From Flaccisagitta enflata (Eukaryota): a stretch of DNA of 64,000 bases. Where the stretch lies: contig OZ231126.1 in assembly GCA_965153355.1 (NCBI GenBank), positions 38,006,001-38,070,000 on the forward strand. Direction: 5' to 3'. The translations under genes were made by a program, and so were the position numbers. Below, piece by piece: positions 27,168-42,800 of this stretch. The notes under the pieces are model-generated. The model made no database searches. It had not been told where the DNA came from and saw only the letters and a program-made list of their open reading frames with translations. Positions within the stretch are counted from its first letter, which is position 1; every line of letters starts with the position of its first letter.

Positions 27168-27939
27168 ACTAGTATGTTTTTTTTCCTTTAGAATATTCTA
27201 TGACGATATAACTTGAAAAGTCTTAAAAATAATTGAATTCTGAAAAAAGTTCCTAAAAGACATTTGAAATGCATTTCATGTGTAACTCGCACAACTTTTT
27301 TTTATTAAAATCTGAACCTTTTGACTGATGAAGAAATGTTGATCAAAATCAACTAAAATCACCATTTTTTAAAGTTTCTTGCTGAACAGATTTTCTTTAA
27401 GTAGCTCTCATTTCTGAATGGATTGAGCTACAGATATCAGATTGGTGTCAAATTAAAGCTTATTTGCTGTTATTTTAAAAAATACAAAGAAGGAAACTTT
27501 TCTTTAGTGTTATTTCATATTAGCCATGAAGGCAATTGATGTCTCAATTAGAATTTTGATCAGAATTTGATTCAAAGGTCACTAGACCATCTCAGGTATG
27601 AAATGAGCATTTCAACTCTGGTTGCCCAAAAAAATTACTACAAAATACCTTTTATTTGAGACCAATCTGGTGTCAGCAGCTCAAACTGTTTAGAAATGAG
27701 AGCGATTTAAAGAGAAAGAGTCCAATTTATAAATTTTTGCAAAGAAAAAATTTTGACATGTAGTCACATCTAGTTCTGTAAATATTCAGGGATCAATATT
27801 TGTAATAAAGTTCTATGAGTTTCACATCATCAAATGCATTTCCCATATCTTTCAGGAATTTTTTACAGAATCTAATTATCTTTAAAACTTTTGGAGTTAT
27901 GTTGTCAAACAATATTGCAAACAAGAAAAAACACACTGT
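27168..27939. mobile_element. Degenerate Tc1/mariner-type MITE
   Basis: Diverged inverted arms ending ...AAAAAACACACTGTA; shares its core with the MITEs at 15002 and 18352. Confidence 0.6.
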
Positions 27940-29316
27940 AAATAGCACTTTTATTTTACTTGATAATCAAAAATATTGTTAGTTTTTTTGAATAGAATTA
28001 TGTTTTTTAATTTCTTTTAAAAACAAAATAGGATATATTGCAGCATAGAATTATAGAATTTAAAGATTCATAGCAAACATTGAGACAAAAAAATATCTTT
28101 ATTGCAACCACAGCTTCTGTGCAAACTCAACAAACAAAATAAAAAACAAAAAACAAGGCCATCACCTAAAAATTGTGTGCGAGACGTACATGAATACTTA
28201 GAATCACTGAGTGTACTCTTAAATGACTTTATATGACTTAAGAAAATCAAATTGATAAAAAAAGTAAAAGTGTGACAGACAGACAGATAGACCTACAGAT
28301 GGATGGACAAAGCAGGGTGTAGTGTCGCTTGTATACGACTGAAAGAAAAAATAAAGAGAGAGAGAGAGAGAGAAAGAGAGAGAAAGAAAAAAAGAAAGAG
28401 AGAGAGAGAAAAAGAGAGAGAGAGAGGGAGAGAGAGAGAGAGAAAGAGAGAAAGAAAGAGAGACAGAGAGGATGAGAAAGAGAGTGAGGGAAAAAGAGAG
28501 GGCGAAAAAAAACAGCGAAAAAAAAAAAAACAAGGCTAAATACACGGCTACTGAAGTCGCGTGCGAGTAGGCAGGGGCCATATTTGAGGTCACCAGGTCA
28601 TTTTGGCAGAAGCAGTAAGGTCAAGGAAATCAAATCATAAAAAAGGTAAAATGTGACTGACCGACCGACCAACCAACCAACTAACCAACTGACCGACCAA
28701 TGGACAAAGCGGGTTGTAAAGTCGTGTGCACACGATTAAAAAGGAAAGAAAGAAAAGGAAAAAAGATACTAGGAAAGAAAATAGAAAGAAGGAAAGAAAG
28801 AAAAAAAAAGACAGAAAGGAAGCAAGAAGGCAAAAAAGTAAAAAAGCAAAAATGAAAAAGAAAATGAACAAAGAATCATCAAATAAAGAAAGAAAAGAAA
28901 AGAAATGTACAGTAGAAAAAAAAAGGAAAGAATAGAAGAGGATGAACAAGAAAAAAATTGATTAGAAGTGGTGAGAGCACAAAACAACACCCGTGGGCAC
29001 TTCTCGTGGCCACGGGAAGTGCCCACCCATGTTGTTTACCTAAGTAGCCACTGAAACTTTTGCATCAGTCATCACTTCTGCCCATGGCCACGGCCCGCAA
29101 TGGAGTGGGTCGCCACGGCCCCCGAATCAAGAGCAAGAATACCTCACGACAACAGTGCAGTGAGGCTTTGGTTGAAGGATGCCTTGAGCGATTTAGTCGA
29201 TGAGAGGAAGCATGGCTGAGATGGTTGAGCGTTGATGACGGAATCCATGTTGATGATGAGCCAAAGGGAACGCTTCGACTAGAAAAGGCTTGATGAGTCT
29301 CTCCAAAATCTTAACC

Positions 29317-30230
29317 GCAGGGGGTAGTCAACACTTTAAAGGTGTAGTTATTTGTTATTACTTGTTGGGGTAATCAACATTTGCAGGGGGTACTCAACAC
29401 TTGCAGGGGATAGTCAACACTTGCAGGGGATAGTTACTCCAATACTTGCGGGGGGTAGTCAACACTTGCAGGGGCTAGTTGGCACTTGAAAGGAACAGTC
29501 CACACTTGCAGAAAGTAATCAATACTTGCGGGGGGTAGTTGACACTTGTAGTCGCTACTCCACAATTACAAGGGCCAGTACATGCAGAGGGTAGTCAACT
29601 CTTGCAGGGGATAATCAGCACTTGCCGGGGGTAGATGACATTTACAGGGGTAGTTGTTACTTGCAGGGGGCAGTCCACACTTGCTGGGGCTAGTCAACAC
29701 TTGTGGGGGGTAGTTGACACTTGTAGGGGGTAGTCAACCTTTACAAAGTTAGTCAATATTTAGGGGGGTAATCCACACTTGCCGGGGGTAGTCAACACTT
29801 GTGGGGGGTAGTCGGCACTTGTGAGGGACAGTCCACACTTCCAGGAGGTGGTTGACACTTGTAGGGGCTAGTCCACAATTACGTGGGCTAGTACATGCAG
29901 AGGGTATTCAACTCTTAGAGGGGCTAGTCAACACTTGTGGGTGGTAGTTGACATTTACAGGGGTAGTCAGCTCTTGCAAGGGGTAGTCAACACTTTTGGG
30001 GGAGTAGTCAACTCTTTTGAGGCGTTGTTGACACTTAGAAGGGGTAGAAAACACTTTCAGGGGGTAGTTGACACTTGCAGGGGGTAGTCAACCTTTGCAA
30101 AGGTAATCAATATTTGGGAGGGTAGTTGACACTTGTTGGGGGTAGTCGACACTTGCGGGAGTAGTCAACACACGCGTGGGGCTGCAAACACTTATGGGGG
30201 GGGGGAATCGACTTTTGCTAGGGTTGACAT
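29317..30230. repeat. 20-bp minisatellite, second and more diverged array
   Basis: Same unit as 22965-23300. Confidence 0.9.
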
Positions 30231-30288
30231 TCTGATCACTTAAAAGCATTTATTTTTCCTGATTGAAACTTTGCACAAATCTGAAGTA

Positions 30289-30798
30289 CAGTAGATGTCG
30301 TCTAGACTTGGAGATACCGGGGAGCTCATAACCTGAGCATCAGTATAGTGAGGGGGCTGATATTTTGCTGATATAATATATAGACCCTAAGGGGTTGACG
30401 ATGGGGTATGGCATCCCCCTAAGGGCTTACCCTAAGAAAAAAACTTTAAGTATAAAATTTTAGGATCAATCACTTTTTTTGCAGAATTTCAGCTTCATTG
30501 TTTTGCTTAAAGTGCAAAACCAGTCCAGGATTCAAACCTGGAACCTTAGACTAAATAAACTGATCAAGATAAATCTGAAGTCAAGTGAGTTAACCACTAG
30601 ACCAATTTCAGAAGCTGATTAGATTAAGCGAATTTGATTTTGTATATTCAAAAGAATTTTCTATAAACAGAGCTGCCATACCCCATCGTCAACCCTATAG
30701 GACATAAGCATTATACTCACACAATTTCATTTCATTAGCACAAATGGTAATTAGGATATGAGGGCCCCCGTATTTCCAAGTATAGACGACATCTACTG
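30289..30798. mobile_element. Tc1/mariner-type MITE with a nested inverted-repeat element (~30390-30694)
   Basis: TIR CAGTAGATGTCGTCTAKACTTGGA with TA flanks; inner IR GGGTTGACGATGGGGTATGGCA. Confidence 0.85.
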
Positions 30799-31729
30799 TA
30801 TCAAAAAGTATCACTGAGAAATAGAGTAATTTGATCAGATACAATACAGATACAGTTCAGATAAAATTCAGATACAATTCTGATACAGTATCAGATTTGT
30901 ATCCGATACTTATTTTCCCCCAGACTATGTTGTGCGCGGGATCACAATATTGATTTGGATGGGTGGGAAGGGGCGTAAAACCCTGATCCACACTCTCGCC
31001 CACCCCACACACACAATCACAATAAAAGCGTTTATAAACTTTTTAATTGAACCACCATGGTTGGAACAATGGGCGGTCCAATGGACTGATGGACAGATGG
31101 ACAAAGACTATTATACAGTTGCTTGTCCGCATCTAAAAAGGTCAAAGATGTACAATGATGTGCTATGGAGCATATTTTGTCTTCTGACAGTTTTTCTGCA
31201 TTTAATTTTTTTTATCAAGTTTTTTTTCTCACTCTTTTGACCTGCATACACATTCAGCAGCCAACATTTACATATCTGGAATAAACGACAAGACTCGATT
31301 CATGGAATCTCTCTTTTCCCTAATTTCTATAATGCAATTAGTCCTTGATTAAAATTACTGAACTTTTATCAAAAAAGTCTGCCCACGCAACTTCCTTGCT
31401 TAAAAAATAATAATTATGTTTAAAGACATCAATGGATATTTTTAAAGTGAGGTATGTTAATATAGTTAACTACTTGAAGATTTACTGACAAGCAGTGACT
31501 CATATTGAAACCAATGATGTCTATTGCGTATTTTGTTAGCAAAAAATGTTATAAATATTGAACATACAACAATTTGAACGCAGATTTTTTTGCTATTGCT
31601 CATCATTTTTCAAGTCGAATGTCCTCCGTAACTTACACAGTGATCCAAGACAAAAATGCATATCGACCTACCCCACTGATACAATTAAGTAGATTCATTC
31701 AAAGTTTTGTGACTTAAACTTTACTTTTT

Positions 31730-31948
31730 AGTCGCGTGCTACGCGACTCTACACCCCGCTTTGTCGGTCCGTCTGTCGGTCCGTCGGTCCGTCCGTCCGT
31801 CGGTCCGTCCGTCCGTCCGTTACACTTTACTTTTTCGGCGTTTCTGGGGTTTTTGGCTAAACTGCTCCTGCCCAAATGCTCCACTGACCTCAAATATGGC
31901 CCCTGCCCACCCGCACGCGACTGGGGTAGCCGTGTATCCGGCCTTGTT
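31730..31948 (+). mobile_element. HINE family A
   Basis: Canonical termini and GTCC microsatellite. Confidence 0.85.
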
Positions 31949-32229
31949 TTTATAATTGTAGCTGTTTGCAGTAAAATATTCCAGTATTTGCATCAATTTG
32001 CTGCAACCTGCTCATCTTTCAGCTAAGATCTGCTTTTAGTATGAAAGAGCCCCTAAAAATGAACTAGATTCCAAAATTTAGTAAAGCTAGCAAATGAAGA
32101 AAAAGTTTGAAAACATTTCGACCTAACATCCTAGACTAATCTTTCTTTCCGAGCTCATCTCTGAGTCATTATATTCAGATTCAGAAATTCTAGTCCTGAA
32201 ACTTAAGAAAATCATTAGTTGCATGATAA

Positions 32230-32830
32230 CGCCCCTGACAAAATTAGGCGAACTGGGATCAGAGTTTGTCTATAATTTCCACAAATTTTGCTCACCATGG
32301 GTCAAAATTTTAAGACAACGAGGAAATATGCTCTCTGTCAGGTTTGATTAAAAAAAATCCAATTTGTGTCAACTAAAAGCTTCTGATGCCTTCTTTCTAT
32401 TGCTATTAGGATGATGTGTTTTGGACAAGACTTTAAAATTTACTGGAGAAAAAATAATTTTTCTCAAAGGGGTTTTTCACTTTGTAGGGCAGTCACTGAC
32501 TGTGTTTTTGTGCCATGACCTCATTTTTTCATGAAAGTTATGTAATAACTTGGAAACGGCTGTTTTCTTCCATCGTATATTGAAAAAGAAAATAGAATAG
32601 TTTAAAGTATCTCATAGAAAATTGTCCGTGTCAAAATCAGTCAAAATTGTGTACAGGTTTTTTGGCATATCACGTTCCCAGGGCCCTACCGTTTGGCAGA
32701 TAATCTAATTGGCCTTGGTTTGTGAAAGCACTGTATCTGAGCTATCATTGTTTCAAATTTCAGCCCTTTCAATGCATTTTTAGTCTCAATTTTGATCATT
32801 TTCCCAGTTCGCCTAATTATGTCAGGGGTG
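32230..32830. mobile_element. MITE, possibly piggyBac-like
   Basis: TIR CRCCCCTGACAWAATTAGGCGAACTGGGA; flanks ATAA / TTAA. Confidence 0.75.
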
Positions 32831-33946
32831 TTAATAGAGACTGTGAACATTTAGTTGCATTTTCTATCCCATTTGAAATCAGAAACAAGACGGAGCTAAA
32901 TGAGCAGGTATTCTCATAAACATGTTTTTTTTGTACTTGCTTGCTCATACGAGTATCAGAACATTCATCCATCTAACCCATTCAAAATGAGAAAAAAGAC
33001 TGAGTTAAATGAGCTAGAATACTTAAAAACACTCTCAAATATGTGCAGCAATGCTCAATGACATGCTTTCTTGTATTTGCTCAGAAATGTATCAAAACAT
33101 TCATTTATCCTGTTTAAAATTAGAAAAAAAAAAGACTGAGCTAAATGAGCTAAGTGGGCTAGAATATTTGAAAATACCCTCACAGATTAGCAGCTATGCT
33201 CAAAAACATGTTTTCTTGTATTTACATGCTTAAGCAGACATAATGACAGACACATGCATAATGATAGCAACTGTAAACATTGAAAATAGAAAGGATCATC
33301 TCAAACTAGGCGAGGATCATTGGAAACTAGCTCAAAAATAGGGATCATCCAGCAGGAGTATCTGACACTAACTTCCCAATTTGGTCTAGCTTATCTAAAG
33401 CTGTGTTAGGACTACCGGAATGTCTTATGTATTTACGCTAGGACTAGTGGCATTTCCTTGTAGGACTAGTGACCCTTAACGCAATTTCTCGTTAGGACTA
33501 CTGGATACAGTGGGTAGGACTAGTGGGCAGAGGACTAGTGGACAGGAGGACTAGTTGGCGGGAGGACTAGTGGGCAGGAGGTCTACTGGGAGGTAGTACT
33601 AAGTACTGTAGGAATACTGGGCGGAACCCCCTCAAATCAGGTCCTTAGTACCTCAAATTAGGTGGTCAAGCCCATATTTTCGTCCAGTGTGGAATCATAG
33701 GTTACTGGCCTGTCTAGGGCCGCCACCCCTCTCATTATCTAATCCCCATAAGGCCATATATACACTAACCAAGGTGCATCGGGTGCCGCTGACAAAGTAA
33801 TGCTTCTGCAACTTTTTTTTCCATCTTGCTTTCCGACTCTTTCAGCGATACAGTCATCGTCTTCCCACTCTTGAGTATAGAATAGATGGATTCATTAATC
33901 GCAAAAGGAGCTAAGAAAGAGTTTCATCGAGAACAATAATGATGCC

Positions 33947-34021
<75 letters not shown>

Positions 34022-34202
34022 AGCGAGAGCGAGAGCGAGAGCGAGAGAAGGAGATTTTCATCATAGAATCTATCAACGAGTTAGCACCTTTTCTCTTTCC
34101 CGGCTCTTTTTTCTTACTATCTTCATTTCTCACTTATTCCTATTCTTGTCATTGTTTGTGTATTTTTTCTTGTTGTCGTCGTTGATGTTCAAGCGGTTGC
34201 TT

Positions 34203-34293
<91 letters not shown>

Positions 34294-34704
34294 GGTGGTT
34301 GTTGTTGTTGTTGTTGTGGTGGTGGTGGTGGTGGTGGTGGTGGTGGTGGTGGTGGTGGTGGTGGTGGTGGTGGTGGTGGTGGTGGTGGGGGTGGTGGTGG
34401 TGGTGGTGGTGGTGGTGGTGGTGGTGGTGGTGGTGGTGGTGGTGGTGGTGTTGTTGTTGTTGTTTGTTGTTGTTGTTGTTGTTGTTGTAAGCATGTTATT
34501 TTTGTTGTTGTTGTAAGCATGTTATTTTTGTTGTTGTTGTTGTTGTTGTTTTTGTTGTGGTTGTTGTGGTTGTTGTGGTTGTTGTGGTTGTTGTGATTGT
34601 TGTGATTGTTGTTGTTGTTGTTATGGTTGTTGTTGTTGTTGTTGTGGTGGTGGTGGTGGTGGTGGTGGTGGTGGTGGTGGTGGTGGTGGTGGTGGTGATG
34701 GTGG

Positions 34705-34737
<33 letters not shown>

Positions 34738-34755
34738 TTCGTGTTGTTGTTGTTG
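34203..34755. repeat. (TTG)n/(TGG)n compound microsatellite
   Basis: Direct inspection. Confidence 0.97.
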
Positions 34756-35456
34756 CAGTAGCTGTTCTTAAACTTGTTCTGGTTTTTGTTTTTGTTCTTG
34801 TTGAACATTTGTTGTTTTTTTGTTGCGGACACGCAACTCTAAAAGAGGCTTTGTCCGACCGTTGGTCCGTCCGTGGGTCCGACGGTCCGTTGGTCCATTG
34901 ATCCGTGGTAATCAAGTTGAAAAGTGGAAAAATGAGCGTTTTAGATACTTTTTATGATATGTTTGTGTGTGGGTCGGGGGTTTGGATGGGGGTTGGATGC
35001 CCCTGCCCACCCGTCCGCAACGATATTTTGACCCCGCGTCACTTGTTACTTGAAAGTTTGTCCTAGGCCACAGAAAACTTTCGATATTTTTTAGTCATCC
35101 AATCATAACAGAAATAGCAGAATCACTAAATATTCCTTCCTCCAAATTGTCTATTGCTTTTCATGGGTCGCAAGCACGGAACTAAATATGGTGCTGTGTC
35201 CGTCTGTTCGTCCGAGTGACTGAGATAAGATATGCTAATCAAGCATATTCATGCGCACACGAACTGACAGAGCCGGTAATATTCGCAAGCTGGAAGGACA
35301 GTAAGAAGAATGAATCGATTCAATGGCAGATGAATTTTGGTTGACTGACAGACAATTTTCGAAACTAGTCTTGTTTCGTTGGAGATTGATTAACTAAACA
35401 AGACGATTCCGTCTGTTCATTTGAAGGTGGACCTTCTGATTGACAGACGTAGACAG

Positions 35457-36958
<1,502 letters not shown>

Positions 36959-37090
36959 GTAGTCAGAAACAAGACCAGGTAGTCTGTTTATTCCGAGTTA
37001 CCTCCGAGAAACGGAAAGTGTGCCAAGATCAGTGGAAAAAGAGCCTCTTCACTTTGGCCGAGTGACTTTTTCTTCTCCTTAACAAACAAG

Positions 37091-37821
<731 letters not shown>

Positions 37822-38069
37822 CAAACAAGGCCGCAAACACGGCAAGTAGAGCGGGTGCGCCATGGCAGTATGTGGGTTTGCGGGGGCTGTAACATGGTAG
37901 GGCAGGGGTAGCGATGCTCAAAAATGACTGTTATAGCCAATTTCACGTTCTCCCAAATTTCGCGTAACCAACCTTCCGACCTTCAGACGTTCCCAGGTAC
38001 ACAGCCTCTTATAGAGCGACTAAAAATGCGCCTCATCAACGTTACCTTTTATGGATCTGTCTGCATAAG

Positions 38070-38167
<98 letters not shown>

Positions 38168-38310
38168 CGTCTATTTCTCTGTCTCATTCTTGCCCTCTCT
38201 CTTTGGTTTCGTTCTCTTTTCCTTTCCTCCACCCAATTTGGCTTCCAAGCTGAAAGGTGGAGAACGTAGAAGGAAGAGCATCAAGTATTGATATGATATT
38301 TTCCATTTTT

Positions 38311-38395
<85 letters not shown>

Positions 38396-38645
38396 GTCAC
38401 TCCTGTTCGCAAACAGACGCAAAACGGCAGGTAGGCTGCATTTGCGAGCGCGTCAGGTGCGCGCTCCACTGTCACCGCGACGCCGCCGCCGCCGCCGCTG
38501 CGTCGCGATACGGCGATAAGAGGCGTTTCGCGCTGCGCCGCTTTTATTCTTTTCCATTTTTCCCTTTTATTTGTTGACGCTACGAGTGATGACGACGACG
38601 ACGATGACCATGATGACTATGACAACGGTGACGATGACAACGGTG

Positions 38646-38702
<57 letters not shown>

Positions 38703-39816
38703 TTTGTGTATCAATAATAACATCGACGGACGGGAAGACGGAAAGACAGACACACAAACAGTACATCAGACAGACATACTACAACACACAGACGGACAAA
38801 TAGACACACAGACAGACAATACATCGATAACTATGACGACGACGACGACGAAGACGACGACAACGACTGAGACGACGAAGTGTAAAATGACGACAAAAGG
38901 TTTTCGCAGCTGGAATTTATGGTTCTGCTCTGAAATAAAACGCGCGCCGCTTTGCTAGTTTAGTGCCATTGACGCGTCTATCGATAGACGGACAGACAGA
39001 CATGAAGATAGACAGATCAACAGACAGAAAGACGGACAGAGAGAAAGAAAGACCGACGGACGGACGGAAAGACAGACTGATAAACAGACGCTTTGCAAGT
39101 TTAGTGCCATAAACGTGACTATCAATAGACGAGCTGAAAGACAGAAACAAAGCAAATGACAAATGAACGAACGAAGAAACACTTTCACAACAGACAGACA
39201 GAAACACGCAGGGACAGACAGACTAGACAGTGGCTTGCTGCCATGCAAGTTTCGTGCCATAAACGCGACGACGCTCCTCCTATTTCCGGTTTTATACCAA
39301 TCCGTCCTTCTTTTTTTAAGGCAAGAATCGCGTTTCTAATAGACACAATGTTCCGTCGATTCATTTTTTTCGTAGAGGGGGGGGGGAGTAAGATGAGACA
39401 GCAGGTATCATCATTGTGTAATTCATATATTGCTTTAACTTTAAGTCATCACTGTTTTAAAAGTCAGCTTCGGTTTTAAAGTACAAAGAGGATGGCGTTC
39501 CCACTTGAGTTCCCCGTCAGGCCGTCAGTGGGCAATAACATGGCGTTAACTGCTAAGAAACAAACTTTCAAAAGCTCTGTTCAGTCATTTTAGACGTTAT
39601 CGCATTTTAAATGTAACTGAGGCGAAACAATTTTTGGCTGATGAACTTTGCTGTTTCTTGGGATGCGGCATCTTTTTCGCCCATAGCAAGTTATCAACAG
39701 TTAGTATGGTTATAGTGACTAATTTATTAGATGGACAAAGAACATGAGACGTCAAGTGTGAACGAATCATTTTTGTGTTTGGGTATGTCGCATTTTTAAA
39801 ATGTATGCAAAAATAA

Positions 39817-42800
39817 AAGGGTGTGCAAAAAACTTCGCTCAAATGCTGAAGCTTCCACTTGGCCAAGTGCAATGAAATTTTTACTGAAGTGCATTGTTAC
39901 TGCAGGGATAATTCAATTTAAATTTCATCACATTGGGCCGGGCCGGGGCATCCTCTGAATCACGAAATTCGTACTTAAGTTAGAATTATTTTCACTGAAG
40001 CACACCCTAGTGCTTCAGTGGAATGAGCAAAAACTAGTGCTTTTTGCAATTCGAGCTTCAGTGTAATTGAACATAACTGATTTTGTCACAGTAAAAAAAA
40101 GATTTTAGTAATTAAAGTAATCAAAGTAAGTAATAAATTAAAGTAATTTATTAAAGTGACTGAATTAAGTAAGTAATTAATGTAATAAAAGATCAAAGTA
40201 GTAAAAGTAATTCATTATCTGAAGAAATCAAGAAATCCACTGTTTTATTTTCACCTCCCTCTATATCTATTTACTTTAGAACACTTACTAAGTGTATGAT
40301 AATATATACTTTGTTCCTTCAGAGACAAAAAAAATTTAAATGATAAGAAAACAAATTTACATTAAAGACAAGATTCATAAGAAAAACAAATCAAGAGATA
40401 TTTGAAGATGACAGTTTTGAAAAGAAAAAAAAACCTTTTTATTTCAATTGAAAAAAAATTCTTACAGTACCAGAATCAAAGAACTGGTGATAAGGAGGGA
40501 AGCCATATCTCTTTAATTACAAGGATATGAGATCTGAAATTTTTCTGTGGTGTGCACCTATAGTACCCCCACCCCCCGTAAGGGTTTGGAGCTGTTCCGG
40601 GCATTTTTTGTTTTTGGTTGTCAAAATTTTTTTATTTCTTAAAATCACTATTGTAGGCCAAAAAATTCGTTTCAAAATTTTATTTTTATGTTACATGTAG
40701 TCAATACCCAGAGCTACAAATTTCATTTTTTGAAAAATATTTTTGGCCAATTTTTAAGGGAATGGCACTTAAAAAACCAAAATTTCAAAAAAATGAAAAA
40801 TTGCTATATTTTCTAAAATAATTGGCTTAGCATAATAATTTTTGGCATGGAAGTAGTCCTGAGAACTCTTCATGTGTATGCAAAATTTCAACTCCCATAT
40901 TTGAATTTTAAAGGAGTTATGAGATTTTGAAATTTTGATAATTTTTGGTAAAAAACATTTTTTCTTATAAAATTTTTTTTTGTTAACCATTTTTCATGAA
41001 ATTTCATAGACAAACAAAGTAATTGATATTTTTTGGCTTCCAAAAAAAATTTGGGCACTGCCACCCCTTAAAAAAATTTTTTTTTCTCAAAAATTGCTAA
41101 AATTGGCTATTTTTCTAGGTTGAATAAAAACTGTTCCTGTTATCCGATCAACTTAATTTTTGGAGGGATTATCAACCTACATCTGCTGTAACTATGTTTC
41201 AAATTTCAAGTAAATTGGATAATTCGTTCTGGAGATATTCAAGTTCAAAGTGGAAAGGGCGAGCTAAAATCACTGTTTCTGTGGTATTTTAATGAGAAGT
41301 CTTTATTGAAGGTTAGCTACAAGTGTCTCAAAAAGGGAATGTTTAATCGATATGTTGCAAAAATTGTTGCAAATAGGTGTGGAATATGTCCCTGCAGCAT
41401 AACCAACCAAAATTTTTGGATTTCACAGTCTCTAAAAAAATAGGCACAAAAAAAAAAACTGCAAAATATGTCTTTTTTGGCATTTTTTGTCACATTTTGG
41501 GGTGTAACAACATCCCCATCCCCAAATTTTTTGTGGCATAGTAGTCCATGATAGGGCAGATGTCCCTCCAAAAATTTATTCAATTCTGTCACGCTTTAAG
41601 CACAAAAATTTTAGTTTAAAATGGCAAAAAATGTGATTTTTTGAATTTTTTAAGCTGTTTTTGGGGTGTAATGCATATTAAACGACATCCCCATCCCCAA
41701 ATTTTTTGTGGCATAGTAGTCCATGATATGACAGATGTCCCCCAAAAAATTTATTCATTTCCGTCACGCTTTAAGCATAAAAATTTTGGTTTAAAATGGC
41801 AAAAAATGCACTTTTTTGAATTTTTAAAGCTGTTTTTGGGGTGTAATGCATATTAAACGACATCCCCATCTCCAAACTTTTTGTGGCATAGTAGTCCATG
41901 ATAGGACAGATGTCCCCCAAAAAATTTATTCATTTCCGTCATGCTTTAAGTACAAAAATTTTAGTTTAAAATGGCAAAAAATGTGATTTTTGAATTTTTT
42001 AAAGCTGTTTTTGGGGTGTAATGCATAATAAACAACATCCCCATCCCCAAATTTTTTGTGGCATGATAGGACAGATGTCCCCCCCAAAATTTATTTATTT
42101 CCGTCACGCTTTAAGCACAAAAAATTTGGGGATGGGGATGTCGTTAAATATGCATTCACCCCAAAAACAGCTTAGAAAATTCAAAAAATCACATTTTTTG
42201 CCATTTTAAACCAAAATTTTTGGGCTTAAAGCGTGACGGCAATGACTAAGTTTTTAGGGGGACATCTGTCCTATCATGGACTACTATGCCACTAAAAGTT
42301 TGGGGATGGGGATGTCGTTTAATATGCATTACACCCTGAAAACAGCTTAAATAATTCAAAAAATTGCATTTTTTGCCATTCTAAACCAAAATTTTTGTGC
42401 TTAAAGCATGACGGAAATGAATAAATTTTTTGGGGGACATCTGTCCTATCATGGACTACTATGCCACAAAAAGTTTGGAGATGGGGATGTCGTTTAATAT
42501 GCATTACACCCCAAAAACAGCTTAAAAAATTCAAAAAATTGCATTTTTTGCCATTTTAAACCAAAATTTTTGTGCTTAAAGCATGACGGAAATGAATAAA
42601 TTTTTTGGGGGACATCTGTCCTATCATGGACTACTATGCCACAAAAAGTTTGGAGATGGGGATGTCGTTTAATATGCATTACACCCCAAAAACAGCTTTA
42701 AAAATTCAAAAAAGTGCATTTTTTGCCATTTTAAACCAAAATTTTTATGCTTAAAGCGTGACGGAAATGAATAAATTTTTTGGGGGACATCTGTCATATC

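Larger units (their letters stand above)
13351..33629. mobile_element. 20.3-kb Mutator/Foldback-like (MULE) composite element
   Basis: Inverted arms 13351-13721 and 33280-33629 with GGG termini and CYAGTAGTCCT/CCACTAGTCCT subrepeats. 9-bp duplication CCTCAAATC at 13342-13350 and 33630-33638. It splits a family B HINE (13030-33810). Confidence 0.7.

Noticed and set aside
33924-34915. Poly-Q/P/T/N/H ORFs
   Set aside because: Trinucleotide microsatellite frames without splice or start context.
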